Virus record (IMG/VR): IMGVR_UViG_3300031649_000001
Span: 32,001 to 96,000 of that record
DNA length: 64,000 nucleotides
Direction: 5' to 3' (one strand)
From: a virus
A program made the translations under genes and the position numbers. The notes below the pieces were generated by a model. That model had not been told where the DNA came from, ran no database searches, and saw only the letters and a list, made by a program, of their open reading frames with translations. Shown piece by piece: positions 9,401-18,064 of this stretch; position 1 is the first letter of the stretch, and every line of letters begins with the position of its first letter.

Positions 9401-10072
9401 CCCCTCGCCGTCAAGAAGACCGGCACCGACGGCCAGTTCTACTCGCTGACGGCCGCCGGGTTCTTCCCCGAGGAGAAGGAGCCGGAGCTGACCGTGGCCG
9501 CCACGGACGACAGCGCGTTCGTGGCGTCCGGCAGCGCGCAGTCCTTCGAGCTGCGCACGGCGGAGCCTCTCGACCTGGCCTCCGCCGTCGCCGACGAGCT
9601 GGAAGGCCGCGCCGCCCGCCGCCAGCGCGCCGCCTCCCTGGGCGACCGCATGACCGCCTTCCGCGAGACCGCCAGCCAGCGCCGCGCGGTCGAGCTGGCC
9701 CGCCGCACCGAGCTGGCCAAGGGGAAGATCCGGGGCCTCAAGCCCCAGCCCAAGACCGAAGTCCCCATGCCCCTGGCCGGGTTCGGCGGGCTCCCGGTCC
9801 CCTCCAACCAGGACATCGCCCTCGCGAAGAACTGGGTCGACGAACAGGGCGGCCTCCCGTCCTACATCAAGCGCATCACCGACCACCTCACCGCCAAGGG
9901 CATGGACACCAGCCGGGCCATCGCCACGGCGGTGAACGCCGCGAAGAAGATGTGCGCCTCCGGCGATCTCAACTGGCCCGGCATCCAGTCCGTGAACCCC
10001 GGCAGCAAGGCCGAGGCGTGCGCGGCGGTCCAGAAGTGGGAGGCCATGAAGGCCGCCGCGAGGGCCAGCTGA
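6437..10072 (+). CDS. Head morphogenesis polyprotein: MuF domain + capsid maturation protease-like domain + Nudix hydrolase + C-terminal domains
   Basis: MuF: KRWQSTPDQRVRETH..ADGQ...FPGDP..PAGEVINCRC; Nudix box GGIEEGETPEDAAYREFAEETG; GVVDRIW..G..VWGEG.F protease-like segment; lies between portal and capsid. Confidence 0.85.
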   Translation: MPTPDPWLSERMREYTHIRRAEATLYPAIRDAVEAFLTEARQGPLAALTAAAGDDDTNPAGIPSEATWRRILDRFVLGPTRSLWRGSFGRVTNRADDTPDDDDGHGAGLGDRLAGFRRVFADRLLRALLHRPRGETPQQLQARLAALMTLEEWDGQVMTMTRTETMTALNAGAAHGALAEQERTGQPWEKRWQSTPDQRVRETHRHADGQIRPLADPFEIGGHRLQFPGDPLGPAGEVINCRCSARYGPAGEPALTAASAPLEEPMTTPTVTETGPVTVEPSGRWRGVLGFMDEWSADQRMLATPEEGVRARPLPLPLLVQGTLAKGHDGSELGVGVVDRIWTEGTAVWGEGRFDMEDPIGRALARKVGLGFIRFVSLDVDDATAHQVLLKEDGTIVQDGNPNDPTLMIGDVYDGWRVMGATLLAHPAFPNAAIALADENGQALTASALGAEFEEIVGYNPEWGCVKQDETGAWTEADCQDPDAVPANPTGDGPFDPEQGQGEIPAAPEEVAVATDDSQEPTEDDATDPADDVPEDIAADDEQAAEELDPDADAPAGEVPDEGAPLDEVPCVVPTEDGTGWVAAPCDAPGAVPANATGDGPAEQGDGLELAVTLAEEDAASPAAQSGPTHAGLAVTAQDTGRVLLLQRALSDEDPAAGMWEFPGGGIEEGETPEDAAYREFAEETGFDLRGSGEVVDSWTSENGVYQCFVILVPTEAEVGINMDAEDRHVLNPDDPDSDSIEVVAWWTPENLADMGALREEVKETPWEKITGARQAPAAAPEEVAAAVVEAAEAIAQEASEPPAGCEPCQAVAITASATDTFAPGWMPPAEWFEPPQGGGGAWSVRVDVETGQVAGYLAPWGGCHVGFKDRCVPPPRSASGYGYYNIRPVRTSGGTVYCGLITMNTGHAKPHDTATTAMAHYDHTGTQAAVIRVGEDAHGIWVAGAVLPFVSQEDRLRLSLSSLSGDWREVRGGAELIAALAVNSPGFPLAVKKTGTDGQFYSLTAAGFFPEEKEPELTVAATDDSAFVASGSAQSFELRTAEPLDLASAVADELEGRAARRQRAASLGDRMTAFRETASQRRAVELARRTELAKGKIRGLKPQPKTEVPMPLAGFGGLPVPSNQDIALAKNWVDEQGGLPSYIKRITDHLTAKGMDTSRAIATAVNAAKKMCASGDLNWPGIQSVNPGSKAEACAAVQKWEAMKAAARAS

Positions 10073-10278
10073 TGGCCATGAGCAAGAAGGACTACTGGGC
10101 CATCGCCAACGCGGTGGCCGACACGAAGCGCTGGCTGGGTGACGACGACGAAGCCGGGCACGCCGCCCTGTCGTCCGTCACCCGGCAGCTCGCGAGCGCC
10201 TGCGCCCGCCAGTACCGGGGCGGCTACGGCTTCAACCGCTCCTTGTTCCTTGAGGCCTGCGGATACCCGCAGGACTGA
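10072..10278 (+). CDS. Small hypothetical phage protein
   Basis: MSKKDY.AIA.A...F...FL.ACG pattern; ATG overlaps upstream stop. Confidence 0.65.
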   Translation: MAMSKKDYWAIANAVADTKRWLGDDDEAGHAALSSVTRQLASACARQYRGGYGFNRSLFLEACGYPQD

Positions 10279-10301
10279 CCGCACCACCGTGGGAGAGACG
10301 A

Positions 10302-10799
10302 ATGCCGACCAGCACCGACGATGAGGTCATCCCCGCAGAGCTCAACAAGGGGCACCTCATCCCCGCCACGTACGAGGGCACCCTGCGTACGTTCCTCATG
10401 CTCAACCGCGACCAGGTCCCCGTCGCCTCCGGCGCCATGTTCACCGACGGCCGCATCGTCGTCATGTCGCAGACCGGCCGCACCTGCCACCGGTACGCCA
10501 ACACCGGCGCCCTGATGGAGGACTGGTGGGGCAAGGGGATGCTGCTGTGGTGTCTGGAGCGCGGCGGCCTCGACTACGACGTGGCGCCGCGCCGGTTCAT
10601 CTACGAGCGGACCGAGGACGAGACCGGCACCAGCGGTGAGGGCATCGCCGTGGAGGGCGTGGTCTTCCCCCACGGGGGCGTGGTGCTCATGTGGCTGGGC
10701 GAGGTCCGCTCGATCGTGGAGTGGTCGTCGATCGAAGAGGCCCTGGGCATCAGCGGCCACGAGGGGCGGACCCGGGTGAAGTGGCTCGACCCTGCCTGA
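10302..10799 (+). CDS. Hypothetical phage protein (two similar G..F.DG.V halves)
   Basis: RBS GGGAGAG; VASGAMFTDGRIV and VEGVVFPHGGVV internal repeat. Confidence 0.65.
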   Translation: MPTSTDDEVIPAELNKGHLIPATYEGTLRTFLMLNRDQVPVASGAMFTDGRIVVMSQTGRTCHRYANTGALMEDWWGKGMLLWCLERGGLDYDVAPRRFIYERTEDETGTSGEGIAVEGVVFPHGGVVLMWLGEVRSIVEWSSIEEALGISGHEGRTRVKWLDPA

Positions 10800-10967
10800 T
10801 CCACGCGGATCAGACGGCCCCCCAGCCTCCCAACAGGTTGTGACTCCGATACGACGCCGGGGGGCCACCCGACAGACCCGCACACAGGGCGCCTTCTTGC
10901 CGTCCCGCTCTGTGCCCGGTTGCACACCGAACGTTAGCGGCCCGGCGCGGCCGGTGAAGGAGGAACC

Positions 10968-11171
10968 ATGGGTTGCAATTGCGGAGGCCGCCGGGGAGCG
11001 GTCGCCTCCACGGTGATGGCCGGAGGCACGGCGAAGGTGTTCCGGCTGACCCACCCCAACGGGGCCACGGTCGACTACTGGACCGAGCTCGCCGCCGAGA
11101 AGGCACAGGAGGCCACCCCCGGCTCCTCCTACCAGGCCGTCGACCACCGCACCGGGCAGCCGATCACGTGA
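10968..11171 (+). CDS. Small 'MGCNCG' actinophage protein
   Basis: Strong RBS AAGGAGG; N-terminal MGCNCGG motif common near actinophage head genes. Confidence 0.7.
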   Translation: MGCNCGGRRGAVASTVMAGGTAKVFRLTHPNGATVDYWTELAAEKAQEATPGSSYQAVDHRTGQPIT

Positions 11172-11374
11172 TGAACCTGTTCTGGTTCTGGTTCTGCGGC
11201 GCCGTGGCGATGGCGGCGCTCGGGCCGTCGCCCGCGTGGCTGGCCTCCGGCTTCCAGGAGACCGGCGGCAAGGACCTGCCCCCGGCCAAGCGCTGGACAC
11301 TGTGGGGAGTCATGGTCGTGGGCTGGCCCGCAGCCCTGGTGTGGTTTGCCCGCGACGCCATGTACGGCCGCTAG
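11171..11374 (+). CDS. Small membrane protein
   Basis: ATG overlaps upstream TGA; two hydrophobic segments. Confidence 0.55.
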   Translation: MNLFWFWFCGAVAMAALGPSPAWLASGFQETGGKDLPPAKRWTLWGVMVVGWPAALVWFARDAMYGR

Positions 11375-12018
11375 ACTGGCGGCGCGTACTCCGGTCGTGC
11401 GGACGACGCTCCACCGGCCGCCCCCGGCCCACCGCCGGGGGCGTTCGCACGTCCCCGCAGCGTCGGGTGCTCCTGCCACTCGCCGATCAGCCCCTCGAAC
11501 TCCGGATGACCCGCGCCCCACTTCGCGCGCATCGAATCACCCAGGCTTCCATCCGCGCGGATCGGCCGGAACCACACCTCGCCCAGGCTCACCCGCGTCA
11601 CCTGGCACAGCATCGGCTCCCCGTCCCAGCCCGTCAGCCGCGCATGCCGGAACCGCGCCCGCACATACGGCACCGCCGACACCCCGTTACGGTCCGTGGG
11701 CCGCTCCAGCGCACGCCACTCCCGCTCCTTCACCGGCTCCGGCGCAGGCTCCGCCTCCTCGGCAATGTCCTCCGGCGCGGCCAGCGGCCACAGCCCCAGC
11801 GCCCGGTTCAGCGACCCGCCCGGCAGCGGACGCCCGGCCTGAGCCGTGACGCGCTGCGTCCCGTACCGCCAGCCGTACGCGGACGGCCGCGCCCGACGGT
11901 GTCCCCGCCGGGCGCGCTCCACCTGGGAGGCCGCCCCCTGAGCGCTGGCGTACGGACCCAGCAGCAGCACCGGCCCCCCGCCGGGCGGCTCCCCGACCAC
12001 GTAGTGCCCCTCGCTCAC
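11371..12018 (-). CDS. Hypothetical protein
   Basis: Start overlaps stop of upstream minus-strand gene. Confidence 0.55.
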   Translation of the reverse strand: MSEGHYVVGEPPGGGPVLLLGPYASAQGAASQVERARRGHRRARPSAYGWRYGTQRVTAQAGRPLPGGSLNRALGLWPLAAPEDIAEEAEPAPEPVKEREWRALERPTDRNGVSAVPYVRARFRHARLTGWDGEPMLCQVTRVSLGEVWFRPIRADGSLGDSMRAKWGAGHPEFEGLIGEWQEHPTLRGRANAPGGGPGAAGGASSARPEYAPPV

Positions 12019-13223
12019 CAGTCCATCGTCTCCTCACGTACCCGCTGCGCCTCGCGCTCGCGGATCTCCTTCTCCTTCGCCCGGCCCAGGTTCGCGAGCT
12101 TCACGTCCCGGTGGCCGGACGGGTCGCTCCGCTGCGGGTTCACGGGGATGATGCCGGTGCCCGGCTCCTGGCCCTCCTCCAGCAGCTCCCGCTTCGTCCA
12201 GTACGGGTCAATCCAACGGACCGACCGCAGCGACCGCTTGGGCCCGTGGGGAACGCTCTTGTAGTGACCGGCGCGGTGCTGCGGCCCGTACTCCACACCG
12301 GTCGGCTCGGACACCCCGCCCCGGTCCCGCGTCTGCTCCTGCTGCGCGCGCATCCGGTTGGCGTGCAGCGCCGGACCCACATGCCAGCCCACGCGGACAT
12401 AGAACGGGTCACGCGGCGGCGCCTGCGGCTTCCGGCCCTTGGGCGTCGGCGGCGGCGCGGGCTCCTCCATGTCCCGGTTGTCACAGCACAGGTACGTCAT
12501 GATCGACATGAACCCCGGCAGGATCTGCCGGACCATCTTCATCTCGTCGCCGTCGCTGTGCGTGTTGTGCCAGGTGTTCGTGTGGTCGATGACGTCGTCC
12601 ATGGTGAACGGGTCGTCGGTGGACGGCAGCACGAACAGCGGGGTGGCTACGTCCTCGTACCACTCCGGGCCCCGGGAGTCCTCCCACTCCACCCACGGCA
12701 TGACCGACAGCCCCTCCGACCGCCGGTCCGTGGTCGGGCAGAACGCCTCCCGCCCCACCCGGCCGGTGAGGAAGTACGCCCGGATCAGGCCGGTGGTCCC
12801 GTTGTTGGAGCGGAACGGCCACGGCCGGGGCAGCGGCACCATCGGGCTGATGTGGGGCAACCGGGAGAACAGCCCGCCGGGCAGCTTGCCCTTCAGGTCG
12901 GCCCGGTAGAGCTGGGCCGCCATCTCCGGGTTGATGTCGTAGGCGATCCGCCCCTGCTGCCGCCAGATGTCCACGATGGCGTTCCGCGAGACGTGGTCAT
13001 TGACCGCGATCACGTCTTCCACGCCGATCTTCTCGATGAGCGACCGGCCCCACTGTGCCGGTTCGCCCCGGCGCAGCCTGCGTACGTTCTCGCTGGCCTG
13101 CGGGATGCCCCCCAGGTCGGACGACAGCCGGTTCGTGGACGCGAGGATGCGCTCCACCGCGTCGTTGGTCTCCGCCGCCCGGCGCATCCGCACCGACGCC
13201 CTACCCGCGCTCTTCTTCCCCAT
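12015..13223 (-). CDS. AcrVA2-like family protein
   Basis: Ordered motifs WRQQGRIAYDINPEMAAQL, LPGGLFSRLP, TYLCC, VGWHVGPAL, PQHRAGHYK, RWIDPYW match the AcrVA2-family pattern as recalled. Confidence 0.6.
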   Translation of the reverse strand: MGKKSAGRASVRMRRAAETNDAVERILASTNRLSSDLGGIPQASENVRRLRRGEPAQWGRSLIEKIGVEDVIAVNDHVSRNAIVDIWRQQGRIAYDINPEMAAQLYRADLKGKLPGGLFSRLPHISPMVPLPRPWPFRSNNGTTGLIRAYFLTGRVGREAFCPTTDRRSEGLSVMPWVEWEDSRGPEWYEDVATPLFVLPSTDDPFTMDDVIDHTNTWHNTHSDGDEMKMVRQILPGFMSIMTYLCCDNRDMEEPAPPPTPKGRKPQAPPRDPFYVRVGWHVGPALHANRMRAQQEQTRDRGGVSEPTGVEYGPQHRAGHYKSVPHGPKRSLRSVRWIDPYWTKRELLEEGQEPGTGIIPVNPQRSDPSGHRDVKLANLGRAKEKEIREREAQRVREETMDW

Positions 13224-13644
13224 GACCCCCCTCTTCCATCTGCGCGGATCGGGCCGCGTCCTCCCGTTCCCAGCGCTCCACCTCGGACGGGAGCGCGTAC
13301 AGGATGTCGGCCATCCGGGTCGGGCGCTCCCGGCCGACGGCCGCCCACTCCGTACGCGGGCGCCCCACCACGGAGCCGTCCGCCACCATCTCCGCCAGCA
13401 GCTCCCGCAGCCGGTTGCGCTTGAGCGCCCGGCCCACGTGCCCCAGCGGCAGCGACAGCCCACGCAACTCGGCGATGCGTTCGGCGACTTCGAAGTCCGT
13501 CCACGGCGTCTCGTTCACGCCGAACGGGTCCGGGTTGTCCGGAGGAGCGTACGGGTTGGGCGGCTGGGGGCCGACGGCCGCCAGCACATCCTCCCGGGTG
13601 GCCTCGTACCGCTGGTCGGAATGCTCACTACGCGGCACCGGCAC
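13201..13644 (-). CDS. Hypothetical protein (possible winged-helix)
   Basis: Part of overlapping minus-strand operon; RBS GGAGG. Confidence 0.55.
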   Translation of the reverse strand: MPVPRSEHSDQRYEATREDVLAAVGPQPPNPYAPPDNPDPFGVNETPWTDFEVAERIAELRGLSLPLGHVGRALKRNRLRELLAEMVADGSVVGRPRTEWAAVGRERPTRMADILYALPSEVERWEREDAARSAQMEEGGHGEEERG

Positions 13645-13843
13645 TCACCTCCGCCGCGTGCTGCTCCACCAGGTCGCGCGCCATGGTCTCGCTCCAGCCC
13701 TCCCACCCGGCCACCAGCGACACCAGCGCGTCGGCCGCCGACCGGGCCTCCCCGCAGTAACGGCACCGCGTGGGGTTGGCCGGGGCGTACGCGTGCCACG
13801 GGCTGTGCGCACACATCCATCCCTCGGGCTTGCCGATCGCCAT
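13628..13843 (-). CDS. Small Cys/His protein
   Basis: MAIGKPEGWMCAH..WH...CRYCG; coupled to neighbours. Confidence 0.5.
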   Translation of the reverse strand: MAIGKPEGWMCAHSPWHAYAPANPTRCRYCGEARSAADALVSLVAGWEGWSETMARDLVEQHAAEVSAGAA

Positions 13844-14544
13844 CAGTGCGTCGCCTCGTCTGCGGCCTGCGGCGCCGGGGCGGCCTCCCTGGCCTGCTGC
13901 GGGCTCTCGCTGTCCGTCTTGATCTCCTTCCACTCCCCGCCGTCCAGCGGGCGCGCCAGCAGGTCATACAGCCACCACTGCCACGTCGGGGAGGTGTGGG
14001 GGTCGTAGTCCGGGTTGCGGCGCCCGCGCTGGATCTTCCAGTGCCGTCCGTGGCCCCGAGCGTTCCACTTGCCGTCACCGTGATGCACCCAGATCATCTC
14101 CGGTGCTTCCTCGGCGAGCAGCGCGCGCCCCTCCGCCGTGCCCACGCCCTCGGCGAGCAGGGCCCCGTCGGCGCGGTAGACGTCCCACGCGCGCAGGTTG
14201 CCGCCCGGCCGCGCGTCCATGTGCCCGCCCGCCAGGGTGAGCCGCGAGTCGTTGTGGGCGTAGGTCTCCGCGCCCGTGTCACCGAGCGGCTTCATCTCCA
14301 CCACCGCGACGACATCGTCCGGGCCGTAGGAGTGCTTTACCTTCGCGTACCGCCCGTTCTTCTCGTTCCATTCACGCGTGGTGATCGTGACCCAGCCGTC
14401 GGCGTCGAACGTGACGGCCTCGGCCTTGAGGAAGCTGGCGCCGCTCGGCGTGCTGTCGTCCGGCCAGTACCGGCGCACCAGGTGCGCGCCCTCGGTGATG
14501 CGGTCACGCAGGCGGGTGACGGTGTCCTCGGTGAAGTGCGGCAT
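13843..14544 (-). CDS. Hypothetical protein
   Basis: RBS AGGAGA; 233 aa. Confidence 0.65.
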   Translation of the reverse strand: MPHFTEDTVTRLRDRITEGAHLVRRYWPDDSTPSGASFLKAEAVTFDADGWVTITTREWNEKNGRYAKVKHSYGPDDVVAVVEMKPLGDTGAETYAHNDSRLTLAGGHMDARPGGNLRAWDVYRADGALLAEGVGTAEGRALLAEEAPEMIWVHHGDGKWNARGHGRHWKIQRGRRNPDYDPHTSPTWQWWLYDLLARPLDGGEWKEIKTDSESPQQAREAAPAPQAADEATH

Positions 14545-14613
14545 GGCGGGTCTCCTGTGTTCTATCTGCGGGGATGGGGGAGGGGCGGCCGGTCGGCCGC
14601 CCCTGGGAGTGGA

Positions 14614-15018
14614 TCAGACGTAGTACTCGTGGCCGCCCGTGCCGTAGTCGTAGCCACCGAAGGCGGCGGCGCGGCGCTCATCCTCGTCGACCTCCCAGCG
14701 GTACTGGTCGTTGGTCTCAAGGTGGCGCTCGTACGCCGTCTCGGCGTCGTACTCGGCCTGGTAGGCGGCGCGCTCCTCTGCGGCTTCGCGCTGGGCGTAC
14801 TGGTCCTTGTAGTCGGCCCAGTCGGCGTTCCAGTCGCGCTCCGGCTCGGGGGCGAACAGGTCGGCTCCGGCCTGACGGCGGGCGCGCATCTCGCGGGCCG
14901 CCTTGTGGGTGCGCTCCACGTGGATCTTGACCTCGTAGCCCGACTCGTAGCACGGCTCGTTCGGCGCGGACTGGCAGGTGGGGCAGTAGAACAGCATCGC
15001 GGCGACGACGGCGGCCAT
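14614..15018 (-). CDS. Zn-finger protein (CPxC.A.P.EPC...H..R)
   Basis: CPTCQSAPNEPC...IHVER; RBS GAGGAG; downstream of IR-promoter. Confidence 0.7.
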   Translation of the reverse strand: MAAVVAAMLFYCPTCQSAPNEPCYESGYEVKIHVERTHKAAREMRARRQAGADLFAPEPERDWNADWADYKDQYAQREAAEERAAYQAEYDAETAYERHLETNDQYRWEVDEDERRAAAFGGYDYGTGGHEYYV

Positions 15019-15063
15019 CTTGGGGCTCCTCGGCTCGGTGGTGGTGGGGGCGTCTGCCCCCTT

Positions 15064-15114
15064 GCGAGACACGAAGTTATCACGACGGGGTGGCGCGCGC
15101 AAACTCTGTGTCAC
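15064..15114 (-). promoter_or_regulatory. Inverted-repeat-embedded sigma70-like promoter
   Basis: Minus strand GTGACACAGAGT-TTGCGC-N17-TAACTT-CGTGTCTCGC. Confidence 0.75.
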
Positions 15115-15192
15115 ATCTGGCACCTGATCCACGCGGATAAGAGCCCGCTTGAGCACGAAGCGTGAGCGGTCGGCTACTCTACGTAGAACGCT

Positions 15193-15210
15193 CTGCTGGT
15201 TGATGGGCCG
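15193..15210 (+). promoter_or_regulatory. 18-bp leader motif CTGCTGGTTGATGGGCCG upstream of major capsid gene
   Basis: Exact copy at 40023..40040 upstream of tape measure gene. Confidence 0.6.
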
Positions 15211-15246
15211 AGGGCACGGTAACGAGATCCCGAGAGGGCCCATGCC

Positions 15247-17094
15247 GTGAGCTTCATCAATGATCTTCTCAACCGGCTCGCAGATGTCCCGGCAGAGGAC
15301 CAGCCCGCAGTCATCCAGCAGCACCTCACGGAGCACCCCGAGGTCACGGCCGCAGAACTCAGCCAGGCCGTACTGGAGCTGTACGACGAGCTGTCCCCCG
15401 AGGACGCCGGACCCGCCAGCGAAGACGTCCTGGCCAAGCTGGAGACCCTGGCCCGGGTCGCCGACGGCATCGGGGTCGTCACCCAGCAGCAGGACGAGCG
15501 CTCCGCGCGCGCCGCCGAGATCGGCGAACGCCTGCGCGGCCTGCGCGAGCCCACCGCCGACACCACCGAAGACGGTGAAGGCGACGCCGACCCGGCTCCC
15601 GAAGCGGAGCTGACCCCCGAAGACGCAACCGCCGAGGACACCCCCGAGGAGCAGCCGGGGGACACCCCGGACGAGACCGAGGAGGGAGCCGGAGCCCAGG
15701 CACGAGAACTGGTGGCAGCCAACGTGAAGAACACCGCCCGCGTCCCGCTCGGCACCCGCCGGGGCGCCGTCCCCGCCACGCAGGAGGGCGACGGCCCGTC
15801 CCCCTTCGCGACGTACAACCTCATCGCCGCCGCCGACGTCCCCGAGTTCGCCACCGGCCAGGAGATGGAACACGGTCTGTCCGACGTGGCCCGCGCCTGG
15901 GAGAACCGGATGGGCCCGATGATCACGGGCAACGTCAACTCCGGCCGTGACGGCGAGCGCACCCGCGTGGGCCTGGCCCGGATCAAGCGCAAGGTGGACG
16001 ACGCCTTCGTCATCCGGGAGGACGGCCGCCAGGCCGAGGAGGTCATCGCCCACGCCACCGACGAGTCCCGCCTGCCCGGCGGCTCCCTCGTGGCGGCGGC
16101 CGGATGGTGCGCCCCCAGCGAGCAGCTGTACGACCTCTGCCCCATCCGCATGACCGAAGAGGGCATGATCGACCTCCCGGCCGTGACGGCCAGGCGTGGG
16201 GGTATCCGCTACCCGGCCGACTTCGACTGGTCCGCGATCTGGGGCTCCACCGGCTTCTACCTCACCGAGGCCGAGGCCATCGCCGGGGTCGAGAAGTCCT
16301 GCGTCGAGGTCCCGTGCCCGCCGGAGTTCGAAGAGTGCCGCATGGACGTGAGCGGGCTCTGCATCCGGACGCCGATCCTGATGGAGCGCGGCTGGCCGGA
16401 GCGCGTGGAGCAGTTCATCCAGGGCTCGCTCCTGATCCACGCCCACAAGATGAACGCCCGCAAGCTGGCCAAGATGGAGGCCATGAGCACGGCGGTCACC
16501 TTCCCGGCCGTCGCCGACCCGGACCCCGCCGCCGCCATCGTCGACCCTCACGGCCCCGGTGCGGTGGAGTCGCTGCTGTCCATCCTGGAACTCCAGGTCC
16601 AGTACCAGCGCTACCACTGGCGCCTGTCGCAGAACGCCACGCTGGAGATGGTGGCGCCGTACTGGATGCGCGGCATCCTCAAGTCCGACCTGCGCAAGAA
16701 GCTCGGGATCGACAACCGGTGGAACGTCTCCGACTCCATGGTGGACGGCTACCTGCGCGCGGTCGGCGTCTCCCCCCAGTACGTCTACGACTGGCAGGAC
16801 GCCCTCAGCTCCGGCACGGCGAGCGACTTCGGCGGTGACGTGCCCACCGAGTGGCCCGACAGCGTCAAGTTCCTCCTGTACCCGGCGGGCACGTTCTTCC
16901 AGCTCCAGGCGGACGTCATCAACCTGGACGGCGTCTACGACCACGCCTCGCTGATCGAGAACATCTACACCGCCATCTTCACCGAGGAGGGCTGGCAGGT
17001 GTGCTCCCGCTGCCTCCAGTCGTACGTCGTCACGGTGCCGCTGTGCGCCAACGGCATCTCCGGCAGCCAGCAGCTCACCACCTGCTCGGCCTAG
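15247..17094 (+). CDS. Major capsid (hexamer-type) protein with acidic N-terminal scaffold region
   Basis: SLVAAAGWCAPSE..YD, LP.V...RGGI, K.C..VPCP.F.E.R, L..RGWPE, YPAGTF, FTEEG motifs of cluster B-like capsids. Confidence 0.9.
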   Translation: MSFINDLLNRLADVPAEDQPAVIQQHLTEHPEVTAAELSQAVLELYDELSPEDAGPASEDVLAKLETLARVADGIGVVTQQQDERSARAAEIGERLRGLREPTADTTEDGEGDADPAPEAELTPEDATAEDTPEEQPGDTPDETEEGAGAQARELVAANVKNTARVPLGTRRGAVPATQEGDGPSPFATYNLIAAADVPEFATGQEMEHGLSDVARAWENRMGPMITGNVNSGRDGERTRVGLARIKRKVDDAFVIREDGRQAEEVIAHATDESRLPGGSLVAAAGWCAPSEQLYDLCPIRMTEEGMIDLPAVTARRGGIRYPADFDWSAIWGSTGFYLTEAEAIAGVEKSCVEVPCPPEFEECRMDVSGLCIRTPILMERGWPERVEQFIQGSLLIHAHKMNARKLAKMEAMSTAVTFPAVADPDPAAAIVDPHGPGAVESLLSILELQVQYQRYHWRLSQNATLEMVAPYWMRGILKSDLRKKLGIDNRWNVSDSMVDGYLRAVGVSPQYVYDWQDALSSGTASDFGGDVPTEWPDSVKFLLYPAGTFFQLQADVINLDGVYDHASLIENIYTAIFTEEGWQVCSRCLQSYVVTVPLCANGISGSQQLTTCSA

Positions 17095-17215
17095 CAGCAG
17101 ACCCGGCCGCCCGCCCGCCCGGCCGGGCGGCCGACTGGTGTGGCCGGGGTCCCCAGTCCCCGTTCTGGAGGCCCCGGCCGCTTCGCTCGCAGGCCCCTGA
17201 CGCAACGGAGACCCC

Positions 17216-18064
17216 GTGTCTACACCCACACCAGGCAAGACCTGGGTGGACTCGCCCCCACCCCTGGAGCCGTACCGATTCGGGCTGTTCTCCGTCGCGA
17301 GCATCACCGACGGCGAGGGGCCGTGGCAGCGCGCCGGAGTCGAGTACTTCACCGACCACTGCGCCCAGGGCGGCTACATCCTCGGGATGTGTCCGGCCCC
17401 GCTGGACCCCGGCCCCGGCACCACCCACGACAAGACCGTCTTCAGCGGCCCCGAACTCACCGAGGGCTCCAGCCCGTTCACCATCTACAGCCGTGCCGAG
17501 TGCAACGCCGTCGGGTTCGAGGACCCGCGCGGCATGGCCCTCACCCGGCTGGGCCTCATCGAGGAGCGCGAGGCGGAGAAGGCTTTCGCGGCGCTCCTGC
17601 TCGGCCTGGAGGACCCGCGCTACCCGCTGGGTGAGGCGGCCGAGGCCGTGGACCTCAAGGCCGCCCTGGGAGCGCTGGAGAAGGACGCCGCGCTCTTCTA
17701 CACCGGCGCGCCCACCCTCCACGCACCCCGCTGGACGCAGCCCTACTGGGACAGCCTCAACCTGCTCCAGCCCAACAGCGACACCGGCACCGTCCGCCGC
17801 ACCCACCTGGACTCCCGGGTCGCGTTCGGCGGCGGCTACCCGGACAACCCCTTCGACCCCGACGACCCCCCGGCCGCCGACACCTTCTGGCTCGTCGCGA
17901 CGGGCACGGTGCGCGGCTTCCGTGGCGCGGCCTTCGCGAACGAGACCTTCACGCAGACCGACAACACACGGATGGCCCTGGCCGAGCGCACGTACGCGAT
18001 GGACGCGGACTGCTACCGGGCGGCGGCGCTGGTGACCGTGGGAACCGTGGGAGGTGGGGCCTGA
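17216..18064 (+). CDS. Minor capsid (pentamer-type) protein
   Basis: PYRFGLFSVA, PFTIY...C, EEREAE, FGGGYP, ALAERTY; directly follows major capsid. Confidence 0.7.
   Translation: MSTPTPGKTWVDSPPPLEPYRFGLFSVASITDGEGPWQRAGVEYFTDHCAQGGYILGMCPAPLDPGPGTTHDKTVFSGPELTEGSSPFTIYSRAECNAVGFEDPRGMALTRLGLIEEREAEKAFAALLLGLEDPRYPLGEAAEAVDLKAALGALEKDAALFYTGAPTLHAPRWTQPYWDSLNLLQPNSDTGTVRRTHLDSRVAFGGGYPDNPFDPDDPPAADTFWLVATGTVRGFRGAAFANETFTQTDNTRMALAERTYAMDADCYRAAALVTVGTVGGGA

Noticed and set aside
14614-17352. 912-aa minus-strand ORF
   Set aside because: Only the last 134 codons (from ATG 15018, with RBS and promoter) look real; the rest is antisense to the capsid gene
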